Source of the DNA: Crocosphaera subtropica ATCC 51142
GTDB taxonomy: Bacteria; Cyanobacteriota; Cyanobacteriia; Cyanobacteriales; Microcystaceae
Assembly (NCBI RefSeq): GCF_000017845.1
Contig: NC_010546.1
Location: 120,001 to 152,000, forward strand
Reading direction: 5' to 3'
DNA length: 32,000 nucleotides
Shown here: positions 16,640-27,163 of the stretch, piece by piece
Numbering within the stretch: the stretch's first letter is position 1
Layout: each line of letters opens with the position of its first letter
Position numbers and translations under genes: made by a program
Notes under the pieces: generated by a model
Databases searched by the model: none
What the model saw: only the letters and a program-made list of their open reading frames with translations
Told to the model about the DNA's origin: nothing

Positions 16640-19609
16640 CTATTCAATATAAACAGTGTTGTCTGTTCTTTTTCTCAGGAGAAAACGCCATAATTCGCCG
16701 ATCCATAATACAAAAGACGTTCCTAAAATAATCCAGAACCAATCTTTGAATGACAGGGGAACGGTTCTAAATAGTTTACCCCCCCACTGAACAATAAAAA
16801 TCTGTCCTAAAAAAATTACAGTGGTAATAGCTAAAAAAGCCTTGTTTTCTCCTAACCCTTGCCAAAACCATTGTTTTAAACCAAAAGAACGAGTATTAAA
16901 TAAATTCCAAAATTGTAAGAAAACAAAAACAGCAAAGAAGATAGAAAGTTCATAAGGGGTAACCGTTCCATCTCTCTCTAAATAAGCTAAAAATCCCATT
17001 AAAAACAGTAAAAAGATTGAACCTGTCCTCATAATAAGGTTCAACATTTTAGAAGAAATAATAAAATCTTGAGGATGACGAGGGGGTTTATTCAATACTG
17101 TTTCGTGGGGAGGTTCCGTAGCTAAAGCTAAGGCTGCAAAGGTATCCATAATTAAATTGATCCAGAGCATTTGTGTAACCGTTAAAGGCAATGAAATACC
17201 AATAAATAGACCAAAAAAAGCAATACCCAAAGCGACAATATTAACGGTTAATTGAAAGAGTAAAAATCGTTGAATATTTTCATATAATGATCGTCCCCAC
17301 ATCACCGCAGTAACAATACTATTAAAAGAATCATCTAATAAAATAATATCACTCGCTTCTTTAGCGATCGCTGTCCCACTTCCCATTGATAAGCCAACTT
17401 GTGCTTGTTTTAAAGCAGCAGCATCATTGGTTCCATCCCCTGTCACTGCCACAACTTCTCCATTTTTTTGTAATAGCTTAACTAACCTTAGTTTGTCTAA
17501 TGGAGTGGCCCTTGATAACAGTTTTAAGGTTTTTATAACTGATTTTGCTTCTTCCTCATTAAGCTGATTAAATTCTTGACCTGTTAAATGAAAACAGGGA
17601 TGATTATGATTATTTTCTGTGGTATATAAATTAAGTTTTTTGGCGATTTCTTCGGCTGTTTTCTGACTATCTCCTGTAACAATTTTTATCTCAATTCCTG
17701 CCTGAAAACAACGATTAATAGCTTCTATGATATCGGGACGTAAGGGATCAGTAATAGCAAAAAATCCTAACCAAATTAAGTCATTACTCACATTATTAAT
17801 CTCTTTTTCTGTTACCTGACTATCTAAATAATTGTAAGCAAGACCTAATACTCTCATGCCTCTTTCTTGATATATATATATACTTTGTAACCATTCATCT
17901 TTATTATCTAGCTCTCTAATTCCTGTTGAGGTTAATTGTTGAGAACAACGAGATAAAATGATCTCAGGCGCACCTTTAAAATAGAGTATATTCCCTGATA
18001 TAACAGTAGATTTACCTGCTGTAACCATATATTTTTGCTCAGGAGAAAAAGGCAGTTGAATGATCAGATTGAAATGATGGCGATAGGTTAGATAATCAAC
18101 CGTTTGATGGTTTAACCATAATAATAAAGCCCCTTCTGTAACATTACCAATGGAAGAATAATTATCTTGAGAGGTTCTTTCTAAGTCGGCGGTACTATTG
18201 ACGGCAATCCCTTCATAGATTAAATTTTGATAAATTTGTTTTTGTGTAGGTTTTAAACAATTCAAACAAGGAAAATTCGCAATCTCAACCTGCATTTTGT
18301 TTTGGGTTAATGTGCCTGTTTTATCAGAACAAATAACCGTAGCAGCCCCAATGGTTTCACAAGCGTGCATTCGTCTGACTAAATTATTCATGGCTGCCAT
18401 TTTTGCCATACTATAAGCCAGGGATAAAGTAACACTCATAGCTAACCCTTCAGGGACAGCCACCACAATGATAGTGACAGCAACCATAAAATAATTTAAG
18501 ATAATAATGCCTACGGACGGAGACAATAATATATCATTAACATGATTGATCCATCCCTGAAAGTAAATCAAGGAAATACCCCCTAAAAAAAGCAGTAAGC
18601 CACTACTAACACTAACTACCCATAAATTAAGAGAATAGTCTGGAAACAATTGAGGACAATCAAAAGATAAAGTAACGGCTTTCAAGCCTTCTTTGACAAT
18701 GGGAAACCAAACAGGAATGAAAATAATTAAACTACTGATCAGAACTAAGCTTAAACAATAAGTTTGAGGAAAATTTAGGGAAATTTTTTCCCTGATTATG
18801 CCTTGAATCAATAGACCCGAAAACGTGAGTCCTGCCATCAATAAACCAATAATACCAATTAGTTGACTTAGCTTTTGTAATTGAATATTTAAAGGGGTTA
18901 ATTGATAATTTTCAAGGGAAATCACCGCTTGAGCCACTTGTCCAATTTCACTGCGATCGCCTACCGCTGTCACTCGAAAAATACCATGACCTTGAGCCAC
19001 AATGGTACTACGATAAACCCGAAAAGGGGGATAAGTTTGTTGTTCAGAATAATTAGATAAAAAAGTTGATTTGGATAACTTTTTAACGGTCTTAGATTCC
19101 CCCGTAATTTTAGCTTGATCAACCAACAAACTCACTGCTTCTAATAATTCTCCATCCGCCGGTACCTCATCCCCTTGTTCAATATAAACCAAATCATCCA
19201 CCACTAAATCTTGACGAGAAATTTGGGTAAATTTATGATCACGAATAACTTTAACGGGGGTTTGATTATAGACATGATTCAATAAATCAAACGCTTTATT
19301 AGCCCGATATTCATTCACAAAAGCCAGGGTAGTAGCCAAAAAAATCGCCATTAAAATACCCAAAGCTTCTGCATATTCTCCTTCAATGATGCCAATAGCT
19401 AAAGCGATGATAGCAGCAATAATTAAAACACGAATAACTGGGTCACTAAACTTATCTAAATAAAGAGACCACCACGGGGTTTTTTGGGGAGGGGTTAAAA
19501 TATTGCTACCATAATGATGACGATTGAACTGGACTTGTTCAGAAGTCAAGCCACTATAAATTAAAGGTCGATCACTTGTGTCGGGGGAAACCATCCCGGT
19601 CCTCTGCAT
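16640..19609 (-). CDS. P-type cation-transporting ATPase, type II (Ca2+-ATPase/PMCA-like)
   Basis: TGES (ITGESK), CSDKTGTLT phosphorylation site, VTGDGTNDAAALK hinge, and VPEGLAMSVTLSLAYS in M4. Confidence 0.95.
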   Translation of the reverse strand: MQRTGMVSPDTSDRPLIYSGLTSEQVQFNRHHYGSNILTPPQKTPWWSLYLDKFSDPVIRVLIIAAIIALAIGIIEGEYAEALGILMAIFLATTLAFVNEYRANKAFDLLNHVYNQTPVKVIRDHKFTQISRQDLVVDDLVYIEQGDEVPADGELLEAVSLLVDQAKITGESKTVKKLSKSTFLSNYSEQQTYPPFRVYRSTIVAQGHGIFRVTAVGDRSEIGQVAQAVISLENYQLTPLNIQLQKLSQLIGIIGLLMAGLTFSGLLIQGIIREKISLNFPQTYCLSLVLISSLIIFIPVWFPIVKEGLKAVTLSFDCPQLFPDYSLNLWVVSVSSGLLLFLGGISLIYFQGWINHVNDILLSPSVGIIILNYFMVAVTIIVVAVPEGLAMSVTLSLAYSMAKMAAMNNLVRRMHACETIGAATVICSDKTGTLTQNKMQVEIANFPCLNCLKPTQKQIYQNLIYEGIAVNSTADLERTSQDNYSSIGNVTEGALLLWLNHQTVDYLTYRHHFNLIIQLPFSPEQKYMVTAGKSTVISGNILYFKGAPEIILSRCSQQLTSTGIRELDNKDEWLQSIYIYQERGMRVLGLAYNYLDSQVTEKEINNVSNDLIWLGFFAITDPLRPDIIEAINRCFQAGIEIKIVTGDSQKTAEEIAKKLNLYTTENNHNHPCFHLTGQEFNQLNEEEAKSVIKTLKLLSRATPLDKLRLVKLLQKNGEVVAVTGDGTNDAAALKQAQVGLSMGSGTAIAKEASDIILLDDSFNSIVTAVMWGRSLYENIQRFLLFQLTVNIVALGIAFFGLFIGISLPLTVTQMLWINLIMDTFAALALATEPPHETVLNKPPRHPQDFIISSKMLNLIMRTGSIFLLFLMGFLAYLERDGTVTPYELSIFFAVFVFLQFWNLFNTRSFGLKQWFWQGLGENKAFLAITTVIFLGQIFIVQWGGKLFRTVPLSFKDWFWIILGTSFVLWIGELWRFLLRKRTDNTVYIE

Positions 19610-19893
19610 AGTATTTCTTTCATCATAACTAGCACACTAAGGGAAGTCGGAGAATTGTTGAGTTTCATTGACTCCAAGAAGGAACAGAGGGATGATAAAA
19701 GAAGGAAAATGGTAGCAAGATGAGGACATTAACGGTAATTTTTTAGATTGGATACAACACTCTTTAGACAAATAAATCTCTTAGCTTAGATTGGAAAATT
19801 TGGTTTTCTGTGTCTATGAAAAACCCCATCAAACCTCCCGTCTCAGGAATTTTCTATCAGTCTTTGTTCCCTTAATAACTGGTGTAATCATTT

Positions 19894-21837
19894 ATGCTTG
19901 TTTGTCCTCAATGTCACTCAGAAAACCCTAATAATAGTCAGGTCTGTCAACAATGCCAAACCTCCTTGACCCATCAATCTTGTCCTCAATGTGGTCATCA
20001 GACCCCTGTTTCTGAGCCTCATTGCTCAAAATGCGGAACCTTCATGGGTAAACTTTGGCAAGTCATTTTAGCTCAACCCATGAGTAGTGATCAGACTGAA
20101 AAAAGTTTAACCTTTGACAACAATTATCTTGATCTCGGACAAAGATATCAAATTTGGCCTTCTCAAGAAACAGAAACCTTTAAAGTTATCGCTACCACCT
20201 CTACCCATACTCTCTATCAAGGTCAAGTGCTTGACTGTCAACCCTTAGAACAATCGACCCTACCAACCTTAGTCAATCAAGTCTCAGACTTATTAAAAGA
20301 AAGCGAAGAAGAAGATCCTACCTTGCTATGGGAGCAAATGGGTATTCCTGCTCATGCCTTTCCCTATCTCACCCTCAAAGACTTAACCCCTGTTGTGCCT
20401 GAAGTTTATGACGCTTGGACAGCTTGGACAGTCAACGAAACAGAAGTTATCTTATTACCCGATCGCACTCATTGGCAAACCATTCCCGATTTAGTCATCC
20501 ATCAATCCTTACTTACTCTCCAGATAATTTATTGGCTAAATCAAATGGTCACCCTCTGGAACAGTTTATCGGCTATTAACTACTGTCAAAGCCTCCTCGT
20601 AGAAGAAAACCTGAGACTCGATGAAGATCAAACCTTCGGGTTACTCAAATTATATCCCGATCGCCCCGATGCTCCCCCCTCTCTACAACAATTAGGTCAA
20701 TTATGGCAAACTTGGTTGACCCAAGGGGGTTATCCTTGTGAGAGTAAATTGGCCAGCCTCATTCAACGAGTGGCTGAAGGTAAGCTAAACCAGGTAGCAG
20801 AATTACGTTTAGAACTGCAAGATTTAGCAGCCGAGCAACAAATGACCGATGATCAAGAAAACCTCACCAATACCCAAGTTTCCCCTTCCTCTTTAGACTT
20901 TGTTGCCGAAGAATTACCAGAATTTCAGGAGGAATTATTGAGTGATCCCCTAGAAGAAACCCCTACCGCCACAGATATAGCCAATGAGTCCACAGCAGTG
21001 TTACCGATGGAATTAGTTAATTTAACTGCCTTGGGATGCACTGATCGGGGACGACAACGACATCATAATGAAGATTATTTTGGGATGAACAGCGAACTCA
21101 ACATTCGCCAAAGTAATCAAGGTAGGATAGTCAATGGCCGGGGACTGTACCTGGTTTGTGATGGCATGGGCGGTCACGCAGCCGGAGAAGTAGCCAGTAA
21201 AATGGCGATCGAAACCTTAGAAAACTTTTTCGCTCAACATTGGCAAGATGATTTTCCTGACCAAGAAACTATCTTACAGGGAATTTTATTAGCCAATAAA
21301 AAGCTGTACGATGTCAATCAAAGCAATGCCAGTTCCGGTAGTGGACGCATGGGAACTACTTTGGTGTTAATGTTAGTGGATCAGACTAAAGTTGCTGTAG
21401 CTCATGTGGGAGACAGTCGGGTTTATTGCATTAGTCGCAAAAAAGGACTCGAACAATTGACCATTGATCACGAAGTAGGACAAAGGGCGATCCAACAAGG
21501 GATTGAACCTAAATTAGCCTATGCTAGACCGGATGCTTACCAATTAACCCAAGCCTTAGGCCCCCACGATAATAAGTATATACAACCAGATATTAGATTT
21601 ATAGACCTAGCAGAAGACACTTTATTTCTACTGTGTTCTGATGGTTTATGTGACAATGATTTAGTCGAAGATTATTGGGAAACTTATCTATTACCTTTAT
21701 TAAAATCCACTCAATCTTTAGATAAAACAATGAGGAAATTAATTGAATTTGCTAATAGCTATAATGGTCATGACAATATTACCGCCGTTTTAGTTAAGCT
21801 GAAAATTCGCCCCAAAGTTAACCCTAAAGATTGGTAA
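19894..21837 (+). CDS. Multidomain PP2C (PPM) Ser/Thr phosphatase with N-terminal double zinc ribbon
   Basis: CPQCHSENP..CQQC and CPQCGHQ..CSKCG at the N-terminus. C-terminal PPM motifs RHHNEDYF, VCDGMGGHAAGEVAS, HVGDSR, CSDGL and HDNITAV. Confidence 0.9.
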   Translation: MLVCPQCHSENPNNSQVCQQCQTSLTHQSCPQCGHQTPVSEPHCSKCGTFMGKLWQVILAQPMSSDQTEKSLTFDNNYLDLGQRYQIWPSQETETFKVIATTSTHTLYQGQVLDCQPLEQSTLPTLVNQVSDLLKESEEEDPTLLWEQMGIPAHAFPYLTLKDLTPVVPEVYDAWTAWTVNETEVILLPDRTHWQTIPDLVIHQSLLTLQIIYWLNQMVTLWNSLSAINYCQSLLVEENLRLDEDQTFGLLKLYPDRPDAPPSLQQLGQLWQTWLTQGGYPCESKLASLIQRVAEGKLNQVAELRLELQDLAAEQQMTDDQENLTNTQVSPSSLDFVAEELPEFQEELLSDPLEETPTATDIANESTAVLPMELVNLTALGCTDRGRQRHHNEDYFGMNSELNIRQSNQGRIVNGRGLYLVCDGMGGHAAGEVASKMAIETLENFFAQHWQDDFPDQETILQGILLANKKLYDVNQSNASSGSGRMGTTLVLMLVDQTKVAVAHVGDSRVYCISRKKGLEQLTIDHEVGQRAIQQGIEPKLAYARPDAYQLTQALGPHDNKYIQPDIRFIDLAEDTLFLLCSDGLCDNDLVEDYWETYLLPLLKSTQSLDKTMRKLIEFANSYNGHDNITAVLVKLKIRPKVNPKDW

Positions 21838-21840
21838 ATT

Positions 21841-21861
21841 GAGTTAGGAGTTCGGAGTTCA
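21841..21861. repeat. Three tandem heptamers GAGTTAG GAGTTCG GAGTTCA (reverse complement of the RACTCCK family)
   Basis: Read directly in the 40-nt spacer between the PP2C and glycosyltransferase genes. Confidence 0.6.
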
Positions 21862-21877
21862 ATTTTTATGATCAAAA

Positions 21878-22975
21878 ATGACACAATTAACGAATGACAA
21901 AAGACCGATTCTTTATTTCGCTGCAACAGGCCACGGTTTTGGCCATGCAGTCCGCATTTCTAGCGTGGCCGATGCTATTTTAAAATTGCGTCCTGATAGT
22001 TTATTAATTATGGTCACTACAGCCCCTAGATGGTTATTAGAATCCTATATTTCAGGGGATTTCATTTATCGTCCGTTGGCGTTTGATGTGGGGGTCATTC
22101 AGTCAGATAGTTTTCAAATGGATAAGGCTGCAACCCTTGATAAAATTCAGGAAATTTATGAAAAACGTCAAGCTTTAATGGCAGCAGAAATTAACTTTAT
22201 TAAGACCAATCGAGTTGATTTAATTTTAGCTGATATTCCCCCTTTAATGGCACCCATCGCCCAACTGGCTGGGGTTCCTTGTTACATGATGAGTAATTTT
22301 GGTTGGGATTTTATTTATGACGCTTGGGGACAAGACTGGCAAGGAATTGTTAACTGGATCAAAGACTGTTATGAACAATGCGATCGCCTGTTTCGTCTGC
22401 CGATGGCTGAACCCATGAATGCTTTTAATTCTATTACCGATGTAGGTTTAACCGGTGGAAACCCCCGTTATAATATTGATGAGATCAAAGATAAGTTTGA
22501 CTTAACGGCTTCCCTAGAAAAAACCGTTTTATTAACCTTTGGGGGGTTAGGATTGCAACAAATTCCTTATCAAAATTTGGCGCAATTTTCTGACTGGCAA
22601 TTTATTACCTTTGATCGTAACGCACCCAATTTAGATAATATCATTAAAATTACAGATTCTTTTTATCGTCCGGTTGATTTTATGCCCTTATGTAGTCGGG
22701 TTATTTCTAAACCAGGATTTAGTACGTTTGCTGAAACTATGCGCTTAGATATTCCCATTGTTTCTTTAGTAAGAAATGATTTTGCTGAAGCTGCTTTGTT
22801 ATTAGAAGGTATCAAAAATTATGCCGATCATCAAATTGTGGAAACGAACAGCTTTTTTGAAGGAAGTTGGGACTTTTTAAAACAAGATCCTAATCCTCCC
22901 CAAATTGGTAAAGTTTTGCCTAAAGATGGGGCAGAAGTGATTGCTAAAGGGATCTTGGATGGGGTTAATTTTTAG
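21878..22975 (+). CDS. Glycosyltransferase-like protein (GT-B, MurG/GT28-like N-terminus)
   Basis: N-terminal YFAATGHGFGHAVRISSVA loop typical of GT-B enzymes of the MJ1255/GT28-like type. Starts 40 nt after the PP2C stop. The family call is approximate. Confidence 0.7.
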   Translation: MTQLTNDKRPILYFAATGHGFGHAVRISSVADAILKLRPDSLLIMVTTAPRWLLESYISGDFIYRPLAFDVGVIQSDSFQMDKAATLDKIQEIYEKRQALMAAEINFIKTNRVDLILADIPPLMAPIAQLAGVPCYMMSNFGWDFIYDAWGQDWQGIVNWIKDCYEQCDRLFRLPMAEPMNAFNSITDVGLTGGNPRYNIDEIKDKFDLTASLEKTVLLTFGGLGLQQIPYQNLAQFSDWQFITFDRNAPNLDNIIKITDSFYRPVDFMPLCSRVISKPGFSTFAETMRLDIPIVSLVRNDFAEAALLLEGIKNYADHQIVETNSFFEGSWDFLKQDPNPPQIGKVLPKDGAEVIAKGILDGVNF

Positions 22976-23160
22976 TTGTTATTACCAGAAAGTGACGGTG
23001 CGAATTAACGTCCAACTTATCATGCCTCATGCTATAAAATAAAAGCAGTCCCCTGGCAAACCAAAGGACGCACAACTAATCATAATAAGAGTTTACATCA
23101 TGAATGAACCAATTACCGTCACTTATTCCATAGGAGAAATCTTTAAGCGTATTGAGGATA

Positions 23161-23281
<121 letters not shown>

Positions 23282-23552
23282 TAAGATCGATAGTAATCAA
23301 AAAGAGCTTAAACAAAAGATGAAGGAGTTTGATCAGAAATTAGATAAACAATCAGAACAAATAACGACTATTAAAGCAACCTTACAAGCACAACAGCCAT
23401 TAATTCAAAAAATCCCTGACTTAGCTGAAAAAGTAGGAGAATTAAAGAACTGGAGACAAATTGTTATTATTGCTTTAATAGCCACAATCAGTGCTTCAGT
23501 GACTTGGGTTATTCGAGGAAAAAATTTCAAACCTTAAGTTTACCTATGAGAG

Positions 23553-24431
23553 TTATACTTTATCCTTTAATTGTTCTAATTCTTCTCTTAAAGATAAGGG
23601 TTCATACCCTAATTGAAACGCTTTTGAACTGTCTAAAGAGGTATCAGGCGATCGCGGGGCAGCCATTGGCACATCTTGTTGTGAACAAGGGGTAATTAAC
23701 TCTTGAGAAAAGTCAAATACCTCTGCCATTAAATGCCCAAATTGATAACGAGAAATTCTCTCTTTTCCCCCCAAATGTATAATCTCTCCTTCTCCTTTTT
23801 CTAAGGCTAATAATAGCCCTTTGGCTGCGGTTAAACCACTGACAGGAGTTCGATATTCATCCGTAAATAAACTCAGGGGTTTTCCCTCTCGAAATGTGGT
23901 TAAAAAGAATTGGATAAAACTAGCTGCATGGGAAGAAGGAATACCAAACATCAAGGGCATTCTACAAATAACCGTTTTTGGGTAAATAGCTAACATTTCC
24001 TGTTCTGCTTGCACTTTTTGTTCCCCATAATAACTAATGGGAGAAACGGGATCACTTTCTTGATACGGTGAATTTAACCCATCAAAAACTAAATCAGTTG
24101 AAGTAAAAACACAAGGAATATTACCATCAGCACATAATTTAGCAAGATTCAACGAAGCAGTTACATTTATTTGATAAGCATCTTCTGGATTATTTTGACA
24201 ATAGTTCGGTTTTGATGCTGCTGCTAAATGAATTACGCCATCCGGCTTTATCTCATTAAAGACTGTGTGTAATTCCTGAATATTTGTAATATCAACCTTG
24301 AAACAATTAATCCTATCTATATTAATTCTATTATGATAATAAGTGCCATAAACTTGCCAATTTTCCTGAGCATATTGACAAACATTATAACCCAAAAATC
24401 CACTTGCCCCTGTAATTAAAAGTTTTTTCAT
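23553..24431 (-). CDS. SDR-family NAD(P)-dependent reductase, RmlD (dTDP-4-dehydrorhamnose reductase)-like
   Basis: ITGASGFLG Rossmann motif and YGEQK (YxxxK). Length 292 aa. Confidence 0.85.
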   Translation of the reverse strand: MKKLLITGASGFLGYNVCQYAQENWQVYGTYYHNRINIDRINCFKVDITNIQELHTVFNEIKPDGVIHLAAASKPNYCQNNPEDAYQINVTASLNLAKLCADGNIPCVFTSTDLVFDGLNSPYQESDPVSPISYYGEQKVQAEQEMLAIYPKTVICRMPLMFGIPSSHAASFIQFFLTTFREGKPLSLFTDEYRTPVSGLTAAKGLLLALEKGEGEIIHLGGKERISRYQFGHLMAEVFDFSQELITPCSQQDVPMAAPRSPDTSLDSSKAFQLGYEPLSLREELEQLKDKV

Positions 24432-24489
24432 CTCCTTAACATACTCTCTTGTTTAGATTAGAAACAGTTCATAACTTATTCCCCTCTCA

Positions 24490-25188
24490 TTATATTAACA
24501 TCTCCATTGAATTAACAATTGTATAATCCGATCTATCAATGTCCCCGTTTCTTTCTAATAAAAAAGCATTAATTCCAGCAGCTTTTGCTCCTTCATAATC
24601 TTCTTTTTTACTATCTCCAATATGCCAAGCATCTTTTGGCTGACATTGATGTTTTTTTAGGGCTTCAATAAAAATATCAACATCAGGTTTAGCTGTTCCA
24701 GTTGTTGAAGAAATAGTAATCGTTTGAAAGAAATTACTTAAGCCAAATAGATCCAATACTTCATAAATTCTGCTATCAAAATTTGAGATAATTCCTAGAG
24801 GAATACCTTGTTTTTGCCAATGTTGTAAAGCCGGAAAAACATCGGTATAAAGGAACCAAGGATGAGGGGTAGCAAAGTAATCGTAAAGCTGACGAAAAAA
24901 GCCATCAAAATCCTTAAATTGATCCATCACTTCGGCTTCTTGATAGGTATCATAAGCTACCTGATACCACCACTGATATTCTAAGTCTGACACCGCCATA
25001 ATATCTACCCCTCGAAAGGCTAACGGGGGAGATTTTTTAAACTGTTTAAAAAAGGCAGTTTCTAACTTTTGAGGATCACATTGTACACCAACCTGTGTAG
25101 CCAGATAGCTATAGACTTCTCCCACAGATCCTTTAACCCCAAATAATGTGCCAACAGCATCAAAAAAAATTACTTTAGGTTGTTTCAT
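24490..25188 (-). CDS. HAD-superfamily hydrolase, subfamily IA (REG-2/HDHD3-like)
   Basis: Motif I FFDAVGTLF, motif II ISNFD, and motif IV GDSKKEDYEGAKAAG. Confidence 0.85.
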   Translation of the reverse strand: MKQPKVIFFDAVGTLFGVKGSVGEVYSYLATQVGVQCDPQKLETAFFKQFKKSPPLAFRGVDIMAVSDLEYQWWYQVAYDTYQEAEVMDQFKDFDGFFRQLYDYFATPHPWFLYTDVFPALQHWQKQGIPLGIISNFDSRIYEVLDLFGLSNFFQTITISSTTGTAKPDVDIFIEALKKHQCQPKDAWHIGDSKKEDYEGAKAAGINAFLLERNGDIDRSDYTIVNSMEMLI

Positions 25189-25220
25189 AACACTTCAATT
25201 TTTGGTCTGTTTTATAACAA

Positions 25221-26411
25221 CTATACGAATAAGTCAGTTAAGGGTTTAGTAATCCAATTAATTCCTACATTGATTTGATGCTTTAACGTCGGTAACCGAT
25301 ATAAATAAATTAATCGTCTAGCCATATAACCTAATGGTCCATCCAAATTTATTCCTAACCCTGATAAGGTTGCATTATCAATCCCTAAAGCCATCATTTC
25401 TCCTAAAGGTTGATAAGCAAAAGATAATAGAGGACGATGGGAAATAGAAGCCCAAAGATTCCAAGCACAATAATCAGATTGTTGGAAAGCAGTTTGTGCG
25501 GTTGCAGGGATTAGGTTCTGGGATTCATCATAACAAGCAACCAAATCACCAATGGCAAAAATTTCAGGGTTATCTATGACTTGTAATTGAGAGTTGATTT
25601 TTAATAATCCTTTAGGGGTTTTTTGTAAGGGTAACTCTTTAATCATCTCTGTGACTTGAGTTCCTACAGTCCACAAAACTAAATCCACAGGAATGGTATC
25701 AATTTTCCCTTTATAAGCTAAAGAAATACTATCGGAACTAACTTGAGTAACTTCTGTTTCTAGATCGACAAAAATTCGTCTCGCTTCTAAAGCCGTTTGA
25801 GCAACATCTCGGTTAAATTCAGGAGAATCCTTTAAAATTTTCTCTCCTCTTTCTACTAATCTAATCCGTCCTGTATCTCCTAGGCGATCAGCCAATTTAC
25901 AAGCCAATTCGACTCCACTATATCCACCTCCAACGATAGCAATACGAATTTTTTCTGCTTCTTTTTCTTCTAATAATCGTAATCTTTCTTTGATACGATA
26001 GGCATTTTCTAAGGTGCGAAAAGGAATAGCATAATCTTTAACACCACTAAAATTATCTAAGGGGGTTTTTCCTCCCATTGCTAATACTAAGCGGTCATAA
26101 TGTAAGCTATGATGATTATCTAATTGTAATTGCTGGTTGTCGATATCAATGTCAGTAACACACCCTTGATGAAAACGAACAGTCGTTCCGGCTAAAAGTT
26201 CTTCATAAGGCGGGGCTATTTCCCAGGTTTGCATCTCCTCAGTAATTAACTCATAGAGAAGGGGGGTAAATAAGAAACGATCATTTTTATCAATTAAGAT
26301 GATTTCAGGAGTTTGATCTTCTTCCCAAGGAAACTGGGTAAGACGTAACGCGGTATAGAGTCCCCCAAACCCTCCCCCGACAATGCAAATGCGTAATGGT
26401 TGTTCACTCAT
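25221..26411 (-). CDS. ndbB: Type II NAD(P)H dehydrogenase (NDH-2), NdbB/NDC1-like
   Basis: Two dinucleotide folds, ICIVGGGFGGLY and IAIVGGGYSGVE. Size (396 aa) and the FTPLLYELITEEMQTWEIAPPY block resemble the short cyanobacterial NdbB type as I remember it. Confidence 0.85.
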   Translation of the reverse strand: MSEQPLRICIVGGGFGGLYTALRLTQFPWEEDQTPEIILIDKNDRFLFTPLLYELITEEMQTWEIAPPYEELLAGTTVRFHQGCVTDIDIDNQQLQLDNHHSLHYDRLVLAMGGKTPLDNFSGVKDYAIPFRTLENAYRIKERLRLLEEKEAEKIRIAIVGGGYSGVELACKLADRLGDTGRIRLVERGEKILKDSPEFNRDVAQTALEARRIFVDLETEVTQVSSDSISLAYKGKIDTIPVDLVLWTVGTQVTEMIKELPLQKTPKGLLKINSQLQVIDNPEIFAIGDLVACYDESQNLIPATAQTAFQQSDYCAWNLWASISHRPLLSFAYQPLGEMMALGIDNATLSGLGINLDGPLGYMARRLIYLYRLPTLKHQINVGINWITKPLTDLFV

Positions 26412-26490
26412 AAGTTGGGTTAATGATGCGGTTCATAATATATCTTAACATTTTAGAGAATCAATCATTAATTCTTAATTATCTCAAGAT

Positions 26491-26523
26491 AAAAAAAAGG
26501 GGAATAAAATCATTTATTCCCCC
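26491..26523 (-). terminator. Rho-independent terminator after hpf
   Basis: On the minus strand GGGGAATAAA / TTTATTCCCC form a 10-bp stem with a 4-nt loop, followed by eight T (plus-strand A-run 26491-26498). It begins about 40 nt after the hpf stop. Confidence 0.8.
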
Positions 26524-26563
26524 AAAATATTTGCTCTAGATCATCTTGCGATTCTCTAAGTAA

Positions 26564-27163
26564 TTAAGCACTTGTTTTATCATTCTCATTGGGTTCACGA
26601 GGTTGGATAACACCAAAACCACCATGATTTCTCATATAGATGACATTGATTTCATCTGTGTCTTGATTACGGAACATATAAAAATCGTGATCCACTAATT
26701 CTAGTTGATGTTTTGCCTCTTCAATAGACATAGGAGGCATAGCAAAATACTTCATTCTGATCACTTCTGGTGGTAACGCAGCCTCGCGATCGCCGATTAA
26801 ATCTTTTTCAATTTCTCTCTCAGGAAGAACCTCAGGATTCTTGACAGATGATTGAGGTTTATGATTATTGATTTTCTCTTTATATTTACGAAGCTGACGG
26901 GCAATTTTATCGGAAACCAAGTCAATACTTGCATAGAGATTTTCACTGCCTTCCTGGGCGCGAATCACTGTCCCGTTGGCATAAACAGTAACTTCTGCTT
27001 TATGCTTATTAGTAATCCGCGCATTCTTGGCTACGGATAAGTGAACATCCACTTTTGTTGTCAAAGTTTGATAATGTTTCACTGCTTTTTCTAATTTCTG
27101 GGTGACGTAATCATTGATCGATTCGGTTACATCAATATTATTGCCTTGAATTAAAAGCTTCAT
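26564..27163 (-). CDS. hpf: Ribosome hibernation promoting factor, long form (LrtA-like)
   Basis: [28 protein letters not shown]... is an S30AE/HPF N-domain, followed by a linker and the C-terminal dimerisation domain ([18 protein letters not shown]). The listed start 27169 is a TTG; ATG 27163 is preceded by GGAG. Confidence 0.95.
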   Translation of the reverse strand: MKLLIQGNNIDVTESINDYVTQKLEKAVKHYQTLTTKVDVHLSVAKNARITNKHKAEVTVYANGTVIRAQEGSENLYASIDLVSDKIARQLRKYKEKINNHKPQSSVKNPEVLPEREIEKDLIGDREAALPPEVIRMKYFAMPPMSIEEAKHQLELVDHDFYMFRNQDTDEINVIYMRNHGGFGVIQPREPNENDKTSA

